This document shows positions 8,202-16,706 of a DNA stretch of 53,489 nt, in pieces. The first letter of the stretch is position 1, and each line of letters begins with the position of its first letter. The stretch spans positions 1-53,489 of the forward strand of contig JBBUGO010000005.1 of the NCBI GenBank assembly GCA_038056025.1. Direction: 5' to 3'. The notes under the pieces are model-generated. The model searched no databases. It saw nothing but the letters and a program-made list of their open reading frames with translations, and was not told the origin of the DNA. The position numbers were made by a program, and so were the translations under genes. This DNA comes from Patescibacteria group bacterium. GTDB lineage: Bacteria > Patescibacteriota > Minisyncoccia > 2-02-FULL-40-12 > GWA2-44-9.

Positions 8202-9439
8202 GAAAATTCACTCTCTCCATCGCTATCCTTATCGTATGTGGCCTAGGGGTGACGAATTTGGCGTACGCTCAAACTGACCAAGAACGCATTGAGGAACTGC
8301 GCCGTCAGATTGAAATTTTGGAACAGCAGGCAAGTCAGTACCGCAGCAACATTGCATCAGAGCGCGAGAAAGCAGACTCTCTCAAACGAGAGATCTCTAT
8401 TCTCAAGAATCAAATATCAGGGATTGAAACGCAGATAGCGCTTACGAATAAGAAAATTGACAAGACAAAGATTGAAATCGGACACGTAGAGAGTTCCATT
8501 TTTGATACCCAGAAAAAAATAAACCGCAAAAAAGAGGGAATAGGGCGACTTCTTGCATCGGTACAGCATTTTGATCATGAGCCCCTCGTCGCGACACTCA
8601 TCAAAAACGAATCCTTGACGGATTTTTTTCGACAAGCCGACGATGTGGCAAGTATCAATCGCGAACTTATCGAACTCATCGCCGCGCTCAATGACGAAAA
8701 AAACACGCTTGAAGCCAATGAACATACTCTCGAACAGAAACAGCAGAACTTAGAAACGCTCAACCGCCAGCAAACGGCACAGCGCTCATCGCTTACGGGG
8801 GTGAAATCGCAAAAAGATACGCTTTTACAAAAAACAAAGGGACAGGAATTGGCGTATCAACGACAGCTTCAAGAAGTTGAGCGGCAGCGGACAGAGTTTT
8901 TTAAAGAACTGCGCATTTTGGAATCCAAAATCATAGGCGGCGGCCTCTATATCGTGCATGTAAAAGCGACCAGCGTGCCTCCTCGCAAAACAAAACTCTT
9001 TCAATGGCCTGAACGGGGCTATCATATCACTCAAAAATACGGGAACACTACCTACGCGCGCCGCGGCAATTATGGCGGTGCGCCGCACAACGGCATGGAT
9101 ATTGCGGCAGGGTACGGGTCAGAAATCTTGGCTGCGGCAGACGGAGAAATTATCGCCAATGGGAGCAACGATGGTTGGGGCAATTGGATTGCGATCAAAC
9201 ACCCCAACAATCTCGTTACTCTGTACGCTCATTTCAGCTCATTTGCTCCTCTCAAGGTCGGTATCCAAGTCAAAGCGGGGGATGTTATCGGTTATGAGGG
9301 CTCCACGGGGGCGGTGACGGGATCACATCTGCATTTTTCAGTATACAAAGAGTTCTTTACGTATATCAGCGATACCAAAAAGGGACAACTCTACTTTAAC
9401 TATTTTGAGGGCACATTGAACCCTGCCGATTACTTGTAA
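8198..9439 (+). CDS. Secreted coiled-coil M23 (LytM-type) metallopeptidase, EnvC-like architecture
   Basis: A signal peptide is followed by about 230 aa of coiled coil. The M23 motifs are HNGMDIAA and GSHLHFSV. Its ATGA overlaps the gltX stop. Confidence 0.9.
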   Translation: MRKFTLSIAILIVCGLGVTNLAYAQTDQERIEELRRQIEILEQQASQYRSNIASEREKADSLKREISILKNQISGIETQIALTNKKIDKTKIEIGHVESSIFDTQKKINRKKEGIGRLLASVQHFDHEPLVATLIKNESLTDFFRQADDVASINRELIELIAALNDEKNTLEANEHTLEQKQQNLETLNRQQTAQRSSLTGVKSQKDTLLQKTKGQELAYQRQLQEVERQRTEFFKELRILESKIIGGGLYIVHVKATSVPPRKTKLFQWPERGYHITQKYGNTTYARRGNYGGAPHNGMDIAAGYGSEILAAADGEIIANGSNDGWGNWIAIKHPNNLVTLYAHFSSFAPLKVGIQVKAGDVIGYEGSTGAVTGSHLHFSVYKEFFTYISDTKKGQLYFNYFEGTLNPADYL

Positions 9440-9482
9440 TTTTCTAAAATATTGCTAGTATTACGTCAATAGGGAGGTAGCA

Positions 9483-9812
9483 ATGGCAATTTGTGGCGCG
9501 TTACGATCGATGCCTGTCGTAGAGCACTGCATCGGTTGCGCTGAAAATAGCCCTAACAGGCTACAGCAACGGCAGAAGCGCCAAGGAGTGTTCTTTCAAG
9601 CGGATATCGGATCTCGGGCTGTGCGAGATCGTCTTCTCAGAATCCTTCGGCGGATTCAACCCGAGTTGACTCAGGAGGCAATCGAGATTCACGAAGATAG
9701 CGAGACTGACGGATGGTCCGTGCGTCTCTACGCGTGTCTGGAACACGCACTGCAGTTGCGGGGGGTCCGGATGGCTATCGAAGAACACAACAGGGAGCTT
9801 TTCCTTTCGTGA
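9483..9812 (+). CDS. Hypothetical protein (109 aa), SD-led cassette gene
   Basis: GGGAGG lies 5 nt upstream of the ATG. A strong terminator hairpin immediately follows, which supports the plus frame over the antisense ORF 9561..9821. Confidence 0.55.
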   Translation: MAICGALRSMPVVEHCIGCAENSPNRLQQRQKRQGVFFQADIGSRAVRDRLLRILRRIQPELTQEAIEIHEDSETDGWSVRLYACLEHALQLRGVRMAIEEHNRELFLS

Positions 9813-9855
9813 GGCGCTCACAAATCTACATCGTGAGCGCCTCGTCTTTCTTTAT
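9811..9855 (+). terminator. Rho-independent terminator
   Basis: GAGGCGCTCAC-aaatctacatc-GTGAGCGCCTC (11-bp stem) followed by GTCTTTCTTTAT. Confidence 0.75.
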
Positions 9856-9861
9856 GGGAAT

Positions 9862-11118
9862 GTGTACAATAAAACTATGTCGAAGATTGTTATCGTCGGA
9901 GGGGGGTTTGGCGGCGTGCGTGCGGCGCTTGATCTTTCTCGGCGTCTGAAGGGTCACGCTACCATCACCCTTATTGACAGGAGTGGCTATCATCTTTTTT
10001 ATCCGTCACTTTATGAAATAGCGTCTGCGTATCGATCCGACACGGATCCCTACTCGCTTGAGTTGCGTCGCGCGGTGACCGTTCCATTGAACCATATCTT
10101 CAGTGGAACAGGGGTGGATGTGGTCCAGGCGGAAGTTTCCCAGATTGACCTTGCACGCCAGATAGTCGGTTCCCACGCGGGAGGTGTGTGGCCGTATGAC
10201 TATCTTATTATGGGACTCGGTACCGAGGCGGCCGATTTCGGCATTCGGGGAGTAGGAGAGTACGCCTATCTTTTTAAGAGCGTCGAGCATGCATTAATGA
10301 TTAACCAGCGCCTCCAGACCATTTTTTATGAAGCAGAACACGGCCAGCGAGTTATGCCACTGCATATTGTAGTTGCTGGCGGGGGATTTACGGGGGTTGA
10401 GCTTGCGGCAGAGATTGCCTCATGCGCCTCGAAACTTGCTAAAATCTGCGGTCTGGCATCGCACTGTTTCTATGTAAGTATCGTGGAATCGGGCAAGGTG
10501 TTGAAAATGCTTAATGACGCCGAACAAGCGGTGATGCGCCGACGGCTCACCAAGCTCGGCGTCGCGTTAATGGAAAATGTGCAAGTCAGCGAGGTTTCCG
10601 ATGGCATGGTGAAGTTGCGGGACGGAAGGCACCTCAAGAGCGATATGACTATCTGGACCGCTGGCGCGCGACCCCACCAGCTGCTTTCAAAAATACCCGG
10701 GCTTGAGCTTGCGCCCCAGGGCAAAATCGCAGTCGACGAGTATCTCCGCATTCGTCATGTAACGAATGTCTTTGCAGTGGGGGACACGATCGAATTTATT
10801 GATCCGGTCACGAATCAACCGGAAGGGGCACAGGCATATATTGCCATTGAACATGGTGCAACGGCGGCTGATAACATCCTTCGTTCCATATGGAGACACC
10901 CGTTGAGGAAGCATCGTCCGCCCGCAATGGTGTGGGTAGCCCCCGGGGGAGGGAAGTTCGCGCTTGCACATCTTTGGAAGGGCGTGCGAATATCAGGATT
11001 TTTCGGGTGGATTCTACGCGAGATTATTGACTTGCGATATTTTCTTACGATTCTTCCGGTCAAAAAAGCTTTTCAAATCTTTTGGCACCAGACGCACGAA
11101 TTTACAAAGAACGATTAA
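9862..11118 (+). CDS. ndh: NDH-2-type FAD-dependent pyridine nucleotide-disulfide oxidoreductase
   Basis: First Rossmann motif is KIVIVGGGFGG, second is IVVAGGGFTGVE, and AVGD is present. The likely start is MSKIV at 9877. Confidence 0.8.
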   Translation: MYNKTMSKIVIVGGGFGGVRAALDLSRRLKGHATITLIDRSGYHLFYPSLYEIASAYRSDTDPYSLELRRAVTVPLNHIFSGTGVDVVQAEVSQIDLARQIVGSHAGGVWPYDYLIMGLGTEAADFGIRGVGEYAYLFKSVEHALMINQRLQTIFYEAEHGQRVMPLHIVVAGGGFTGVELAAEIASCASKLAKICGLASHCFYVSIVESGKVLKMLNDAEQAVMRRRLTKLGVALMENVQVSEVSDGMVKLRDGRHLKSDMTIWTAGARPHQLLSKIPGLELAPQGKIAVDEYLRIRHVTNVFAVGDTIEFIDPVTNQPEGAQAYIAIEHGATAADNILRSIWRHPLRKHRPPAMVWVAPGGGKFALAHLWKGVRISGFFGWILREIIDLRYFLTILPVKKAFQIFWHQTHEFTKND

Positions 11119-11260
11119 TTATGCGACGTGAAATTGAATAGAGCGGGGGAGAGGGCGGAGTGGCTCATGGCGTATGGCTTAGAGCAAAGAGCATAGAGCT
11201 GAAGAAAATCTTCAATAACAGAGTACTACACCCAGAGAAGAAGAGGAAATAGCATTTTTT

Positions 11261-11360
11261 ATACGACATTGATTATCCGACATTTCAAGGAAATATAAGG
11301 AATGTCGCATGGTTAAAAACTATATCGTGTCGTATAATCTACATTGTGCGACGGTATAAT
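11261..11360 (+). promoter_or_regulatory. Putative promoter/operator region upstream of the nuclease pair
   Basis: Two TATAAT boxes lie at 11333-11338 and 11355-11360. A CGACA-type motif repeats in both orientations, including the inverted repeat CGACATT-N16-AATGTCG (11278-11307). Confidence 0.35.
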
Positions 11361-11420
11361 ACCATCGCGCTCCGTCTCTTCTTGTATGTGAATGGCCGAG
11401 CCGGTACACTGTGTGTACAC

Positions 11421-12098
11421 ATGCCTCGCATTATATTCGATATAGAGACCGTGGGGGTCGACTTCACGACACTCGACCCCACCTCCCAGGAATCTCTCCT
11501 GCGCTACGCCCAAACAGATGAGGAAGAAAAAGAGCTCAAATCTCAACTCGGCTTCTCTCCCCTAACAGGCGAAATTGTGGCAATTGGCATCCTCAACCCC
11601 GATACCGATCGCGGTGCGGTCTACTTCCAAGCCCCTGATTCCCCTGCCCTTGCAGCGCGTGAGGAATCTAACGTCCAATACACTCCTGTACCAAACGAAA
11701 AAGAGCTCCTGCGACAGTTCTGGCAAGTCATGAGCCATTACGATCAATTCGTCACATTCAATGGGCGGGCATTTGATGGCCCCTACCTCATCATCCGTTC
11801 TGCAATCCGGAAAATAAAACCCACGGTAAACCTCATGCCGAATCGGTACTATGACACCCATATTGATTTGCTCGATCGCCTGACGTTTTTTGGCGCGGTC
11901 CGCCGCAAAATGAACCTCCACATGTGGTGTAAGGCGTTTGGCATTGAAAGCCCGAAGGATAAAGGCGTCACTGGTGATGACGTCGCACAATTATTTAAAG
12001 ATAAGCGCTACGAGGATATCGCCCGCTACTGCTATGACGACGTTCGTGCTACCAAGGAATTATTTTTTGCGTGGGATAAATATATAAATATTAAGTGA
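11421..12098 (+). CDS. DEDDy 3'-5' exonuclease, RNase H fold, related to the PolB exonuclease domain
   Basis: ExoI is IIFDIETVG, ExoII is TFNGRAFDGPYL, ExoIII is YCYDDVRAT. The ORF track starts at 11346. I prefer the ATG at 11421 (MPRIIFDIE). Confidence 0.8.
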   Translation: MPRIIFDIETVGVDFTTLDPTSQESLLRYAQTDEEEKELKSQLGFSPLTGEIVAIGILNPDTDRGAVYFQAPDSPALAAREESNVQYTPVPNEKELLRQFWQVMSHYDQFVTFNGRAFDGPYLIIRSAIRKIKPTVNLMPNRYYDTHIDLLDRLTFFGAVRRKMNLHMWCKAFGIESPKDKGVTGDDVAQLFKDKRYEDIARYCYDDVRATKELFFAWDKYINIK

Positions 12099-12099
12099 C

Positions 12100-12837
12100 A
12101 TGCAGTGGTATTCCAACGTAGACAATTTTAAAGCCGCTAACGGATACGAGGTGGATGGCATTTGGTATCCCCGCGTGACATCCATTCTCTCTATAAAGGC
12201 AAAGCCGGCGTTGTATATGTACTATGCGAACCTTCCAAGCTATAAGGTCGGCGAAGCGATAAAAACGCGTTCCGCGGAAGAAGGCACGCTCGTTCACGAA
12301 ACTATTGAAGCAATTCTAAGGAAGGAGCCCGTGGTAGTCCCCGACCCTATTAAGCCGTCCATTGAGGCGTTTATGGCATTTGCGAGCCAGCACGACATCG
12401 TCCCCCTTAAAATTGAGGAGCAGGTTGTTAGTAAACAGCATGGCTATGCCGGGACCATTGATGTGCTTGCAAAAGTTGACGGACAAATGGGTGTGTTGGA
12501 TATAAAAACATCCAAGGGCATTTATCGGGACTATGGAATGCAAACCGCGGCGTACGTGGAAGCATTCAGAGAATATCCCGACATTCCCCCGCTCACGAGT
12601 TGGATTATCAGGATTGATCAAGCGCGCACGTGCGAGTGGTGCGGTTCAAAGATGCGCGAAAAGGGCGGCAATGTAAAGGTGAGCGGCAAAAAGAACACCT
12701 GTGAGCATAAGTGGTCAGATATGCAGGGCGAATTTGAGTTCAAGCATATCGAGGGTCTCGAACACAACGTCAAGGCATTCCTAGCGGCAAAGACGCTCTG
12801 GGAATGGGAAAACCACGACTGGCTAAAGAAGATCTAG
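12100..12837 (+). CDS. PD-(D/E)XK (RecB/lambda-Exo/Cas4-like) nuclease with an inserted zinc ribbon
   Basis: GTIDVL...VLDIKTSK provides the D...D-x-K motif and MQTAAYVEAF provides QxxxY. The Cys cluster is CEWCG...CEH. It starts 1 nt after the exonuclease stop. Confidence 0.75.
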   Translation: MQWYSNVDNFKAANGYEVDGIWYPRVTSILSIKAKPALYMYYANLPSYKVGEAIKTRSAEEGTLVHETIEAILRKEPVVVPDPIKPSIEAFMAFASQHDIVPLKIEEQVVSKQHGYAGTIDVLAKVDGQMGVLDIKTSKGIYRDYGMQTAAYVEAFREYPDIPPLTSWIIRIDQARTCEWCGSKMREKGGNVKVSGKKNTCEHKWSDMQGEFEFKHIEGLEHNVKAFLAAKTLWEWENHDWLKKI

Positions 12838-12954
12838 CGCTCGCGTATCAGTCCCCGAAAAGGCACAACGTTCCCGCCTTTCTGGCGGGCCGTCTTCTTC
12901 TCGTCCCTCTTCGGGACTCCGAAAATCCTTTTTGGGGGACTGACTACAGTCGCC
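12836..12954 (+). repeat. Family A structured repeat, copy A2
   Basis: Same architecture as A1. The P2 helix is CCCGCC/GGCGGG instead of CCCATC/GATGGG. It overlaps the stop codon (12835-12837) of the + strand nuclease gene. Confidence 0.9.
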
Positions 12955-12966
12955 TACTTAAGCGCA

Positions 12967-13075
12967 GTGTCATTGTTCCCTACGCAGGCAACTTCGGAAT
13001 CCCGTCACACGGGATGAGAATTAGTGCGATTTGTAGTAACAAATCGACACGTGCCTGTCTGGGAATAATGACACG
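12967..13075 (+). repeat. Family B GC-rich palindromic mosaic repeat, copy B1
   Basis: Termini are GTGTCATTGTTCCCTACGCAGG ... CCTGTCTGGGAATAATGACAC. Internal hairpins are ATCCCGT/ACGGGAT and CGATTTG/CAAATCG. It follows A2 directly. Confidence 0.85.
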
Positions 13076-13082
13076 GAGCGGT

Positions 13083-13463
13083 CTACTGGCAGTTATCGGC
13101 GAGTGTATACCCCACCTGTTGGGCAAGGGTTTCATTGGCGAACCAGAGTTTGTTTTCTTCTTTGATGCGCTGGGCGCCGGAGCACCACGTAAAGTGGTAT
13201 TTCTTTGAATCGCTTGCTTTTGAGACAACGACTCGTGGGTCACGGGGAGCCGCGGTAGCTTGGGCAGCTGTCTCTTGGCCCTGTGCGGCTCGGAAAATTG
13301 CGGCGTCTTCGCCTATGGTCAGGGGCAGTTTGCCGCGACTGGCCAGTTTGCCCATCTGATAGCTCGTCAAAGCTATCAAGGCGATACACACAATGAGAAA
13401 AAGCTCGTATTGAACCTGTTTGACCCTGACACCTATTTGGGATAAAAGTTCGTTTAATTTCAT
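13083..13463 (-). CDS. Membrane-anchored protein with a C-terminal Ada-like ('sunset'-type) Cys motif
   Basis: I prefer the start MKLNELL at 13463 (ORF track extends to 13568). It has one TM helix (LFLIVCIALIALTSY). The C-terminus reads KKYHFTWCSGAQRIKEENKLWFANETLAQQVGYTLADNC. Confidence 0.6.
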   Translation of the reverse strand: MKLNELLSQIGVRVKQVQYELFLIVCIALIALTSYQMGKLASRGKLPLTIGEDAAIFRAAQGQETAAQATAAPRDPRVVVSKASDSKKYHFTWCSGAQRIKEENKLWFANETLAQQVGYTLADNCQ

Positions 13464-13603
13464 GATCAATAGTAAAACTGGTTTGTCTCTTACTTTTTCA
13501 TGCCGAATGGAAGAGGGCTTTTCTGGCGATAATCCCAAATAGGTGTGAGGGTTTGACGAAGTGAGCAATTTTTGTTAGCATATTCTGGCGTTTAGCATAC
13601 TCT

Positions 13604-13882
13604 ATGGCACATACAAAAGCGATAGGAACAACACAGTTGGGCCGCGACTCCCTGCCGAAATATCGTGGGGTGAAATTGCACGACGGTCAACCCGCACGCG
13701 CAGGCAATATTATTGTCCGTCAAACCGGTAGCTCGTACCTTGCAGGCGCCGGCGTGCGTGCTGGCTCCGACTATACACTCTATGCCGCAGTAAGCGGTGT
13801 CGTGAAGTTCACCAAGCGTAAAAAGAAGAATTATGACGGCTCTCGCCGAATCGCAACGGTTGTCAACGTGGTTTCTCAATAA
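13604..13882 (+). CDS. rpmA: Ribosomal protein bL27
   Basis: MAHTKAIGTTQLGRDS...GNIIVRQTG is the canonical L27 N-terminus. No rplU lies upstream. Confidence 0.95.
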   Translation: MAHTKAIGTTQLGRDSLPKYRGVKLHDGQPARAGNIIVRQTGSSYLAGAGVRAGSDYTLYAAVSGVVKFTKRKKKNYDGSRRIATVVNVVSQ

Positions 13883-13899
13883 CGATTTTACTTCTCGTT

Positions 13900-14015
13900 A
13901 TCGCTCGCCTATCAGCCCCCGAAAAGGCACAACGTTCCCGCCTCACTGGCGGGCCGTCTTCTTCTCGCGCCAGTCGCGCTCCGAAAATCCTTTTCGGCGA
14001 CTGATAATGCTCGCT
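13900..14015 (+). repeat. Family A structured repeat, copy A3
   Basis: P2 is CCCGCC/GGCGGG. The P3 stem is replaced by GCGC-cagtc-GCGC. P1 has 2 mismatches. It lies 18 nt after the rpmA stop. Confidence 0.85.
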
Positions 14016-14028
14016 CATGCCAAGCGCA

Positions 14029-14177
14029 GTGTCATTGTTCCCTACGCAGGTATTCACGGAGGCGAGCAGCAGGGTTCCGCCCTAGGCGGATGCGAGCCGA
14101 CCTGCCTGCCGCAGGTAGGGTTATAATGCGGCCCGCCGCTGGGCGGGCTGACACGGCCTGTCTGGGAACAATGACAC
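14029..14177 (+). repeat. Family B repeat, copy B2
   Basis: Termini are GTGTCATTGTTCCCTACGCAGG ... CCTGTCTGGGAACAATGACAC. Internal hairpins are CCGCC/GGCGG, CCTGC/GCAGG and GCCCGCC/GGCGGGC. It follows A3 directly. Confidence 0.85.
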
Positions 14178-14189
14178 GGAGATTGCTTG

Positions 14190-14648
14190 CTATGCACTGC
14201 GGGCCTGGACGATCACTTTAATCTTGGCTCGGACATCGGGGGCACATACGAGTTCTACGATGTGCTCTCCCACACTTTTAATCGCGTGTTCGTGGAGTTG
14301 GATCATGGCAGGATCAATGCGGTATCCCGTAGTACGCTTGAGTTCTTTGGCAATTTCTTCGCGATTCACGGCCGCAAAGAGTGTCCCCTGTTCCGTAGCA
14401 CGCTCTGCGAGAGTTACCGCGGAGTTATTGACGGCATCCGCAAGTTTCATGGCTTCGGCATGCTCCAGCGCGGTAACATGATCCATTTGCTTGCGAAGCC
14501 CTTCTGATATTTTCTCCGCATCCGCAGTTGCCAGACGCGCCAACCCCTTGGCGACCAAAAAGTTGCGAGCGTAGCCATCCGCAACGTTCTTGATATCCCC
14601 CATGCTACCGATACCCCTGACATTTTTGAGTAAAATAACCTTTGCCAT
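14190..14648 (-). CDS. rplI: Ribosomal protein bL9
   Basis: [31 protein letters not shown] is the canonical L9 N-terminus. I take the start at 14648; the ORF track extends to 14660. Confidence 0.9.
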   Translation of the reverse strand: MAKVILLKNVRGIGSMGDIKNVADGYARNFLVAKGLARLATADAEKISEGLRKQMDHVTALEHAEAMKLADAVNNSAVTLAERATEQGTLFAAVNREEIAKELKRTTGYRIDPAMIQLHEHAIKSVGEHIVELVCAPDVRAKIKVIVQARSA

Positions 14649-14649
14649 A

Positions 14650-15885
14650 TTAGAGATCATTCACTACTTCTATCGCTTTATCAAGCTGGGGATCTTTGCC
14701 CGATTCGCCGATAACAATGGTATCCGCATCGGTCGCCTTGGGGTCAATGGTAATTTCCACATCCGGCACAATCCCCTTTTCCGATATGGAAACACCTGCG
14801 GGCGTAAGCCATTTGGCAATCGTGACTTTCAGGGAAGAACCGTCAGAGAATTTTTCAAGTTCTTGCACGGACCCCTTGCCAAACGTCTTTTCTCCGATGA
14901 GTTTAACGGCGCGGTTGTCATGGAGCGCCCCTGCAAGAATTTCGGAAGCGGACGCGGAACCGTCATTAATGAGAATGACGGTAGGGTATTTTTTTAGTTC
15001 CGCATCCCCTGTGGTGCGAAACTCATTGCGTTCTCCGTCTCCAAACACTTCGGTCGTGACTAAGCTATTATGATCGAGAAACCATCCGCTTAATTCAATG
15101 GCTGAATCCAAGAGTCCCCCGGGGTTATTGCGGAGGTCAACGATGATACGATCAGCACTGGAACGAAGAATCTCTTTGGCCGCTTTTTCAAACTCTGTGT
15201 CAACATTTTGGTTGAAGGTCGTGATGTCTACATACGCGATATGTCCATCCATCATTTTCCAGGTAACCGCAGGCACCTTAATAACTTCTCGTGTGAGCGT
15301 TACATCGCGGGAGATATCGTCGCCATTCCGTACAATGGTGATGGTAACTCTCGTTCCCCGCGGTCCACGAATGAAGCCGACTGCCTCTTCCACGGTAAGG
15401 TTTTCGGTTGATTTATCATCAATCTTCAATATGACATCCCCCGACTGGATGCCTGCGCGATAGGCGGGGGTATCCTTGATGGGCGCAATTACCGTGAGCA
15501 TATTATTGCGCTTGCCTATTTCCATCCCTACGCCGCTGAATGATCCGGAAATTTCCTCCTGGAACTTTTTGCTCAACTTGGGCTCAAAAAATACGGTATA
15601 CGGGTCGCCAATGCTGTTGACCATACCGCTGATGGCTCCGTAGACCATTTTCTGCATGCTGATGTCGCCTTTTTCAACATATTTTTTATTGAGAGAATCC
15701 CATACCTGCCAAAAAAGTCCGAAGTCAATGTTCTTCGGCTGGCCGTACTCTTTGTTAAAGAGCGTCTGGAGCCCAAACTCCCCATCGGTAACGCGGTAAT
15801 TCGCAAACCAAAAACCGCTGCCAAATCCAACGACCAGGGCAACGAGAACGACTATCGTAAGAATGCGCGTGTTACGCGGTTCCAT
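14650..15885 (-). CDS. S41 C-terminal processing peptidase (Ctp/Prc-like) with a PDZ domain
   Basis: N-terminal TM helix, PDZ segment ([13 protein letters not shown]), and S41 motifs NPGGLL and GSASASEI. Confidence 0.9.
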   Translation of the reverse strand: MEPRNTRILTIVVLVALVVGFGSGFWFANYRVTDGEFGLQTLFNKEYGQPKNIDFGLFWQVWDSLNKKYVEKGDISMQKMVYGAISGMVNSIGDPYTVFFEPKLSKKFQEEISGSFSGVGMEIGKRNNMLTVIAPIKDTPAYRAGIQSGDVILKIDDKSTENLTVEEAVGFIRGPRGTRVTITIVRNGDDISRDVTLTREVIKVPAVTWKMMDGHIAYVDITTFNQNVDTEFEKAAKEILRSSADRIIVDLRNNPGGLLDSAIELSGWFLDHNSLVTTEVFGDGERNEFRTTGDAELKKYPTVILINDGSASASEILAGALHDNRAVKLIGEKTFGKGSVQELEKFSDGSSLKVTIAKWLTPAGVSISEKGIVPDVEITIDPKATDADTIVIGESGKDPQLDKAIEVVNDL

Positions 15886-16705
15886 GGTGAGCGTAGCTGG
15901 GACGAGCGGTAGAAAAACCGTACTTTAAAAAATAGCGAATCCCGTCCATAAGGTGCCAGCGAGATTCGCGCTGCATAATGATATCAAAAATGCCGAAACG
16001 TCCTTTAGATTGACGGCGGTGATAGTGGTACATTTGCGCATGAGGAAAGTAGGTAACTGCGTAGCCATTTTCCCAAAATCGGCGCGCCCAGTCAACTTCG
16101 GAAAAATAGTGAAACATGCGTTCGTCCATGAGGCCAACTCGTTGTACTGCGGCTCGGCTAGTCATAAGCGCAGACCCCATAAGCCAATCGACGGGTATCG
16201 TTTTGCTTAAATCTGCATCCCGCATTAAAAATCTATTCAGGATGCGGTTTGCAAAAGGAAGATGGTTAACGCGGCGATAAAGAATGGTAAAGATGGAGTA
16301 AAAGCGGAAACACGATTGTTGCCGCGTGCCATTGAAATCAAGCAGCTGCGGTCCGAGAAGGCCGACTTGCGGATGGGCAACGAGATATTCGTAGAGACGC
16401 TTCACCGACCCTTTTGTAATCATGGCATCTGGGTTGAGAATGAGAAAGTGATCGCCACTGCTTTTGCGCATACCCTCGTTGTTGCCTCTTGTATAGCCGG
16501 TGTTTTCGCGATACGGCACGAGGGTAATTTTTTTGAAGAGAGTGGTAAACTCTTCACGAACGACATTTTGGGTTTCAACACTGGTTTGTGAATCGACTAC
16601 GACGACTTCATAGTCAAAGTGCGGAGAGAGTTCCCGTACAAGAGATCCGAGACATAAGCGCAGAAGCGCCGGATTTTTATAATTGACAATAACAATGGAG
16701 AGCAT
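15872..16705 (-). CDS. Family 2 glycosyltransferase
   Basis: N-terminus LSIVIVNYKN, then VVVDSQTS and LNPD, which match the GT-A DxD-type layout. Confidence 0.85.
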   Translation of the reverse strand: MLSIVIVNYKNPALLRLCLGSLVRELSPHFDYEVVVVDSQTSVETQNVVREEFTTLFKKITLVPYRENTGYTRGNNEGMRKSSGDHFLILNPDAMITKGSVKRLYEYLVAHPQVGLLGPQLLDFNGTRQQSCFRFYSIFTILYRRVNHLPFANRILNRFLMRDADLSKTIPVDWLMGSALMTSRAAVQRVGLMDERMFHYFSEVDWARRFWENGYAVTYFPHAQMYHYHRRQSKGRFGIFDIIMQRESRWHLMDGIRYFLKYGFSTARPSYAHHGTA

Positions 16706-16706
16706 A

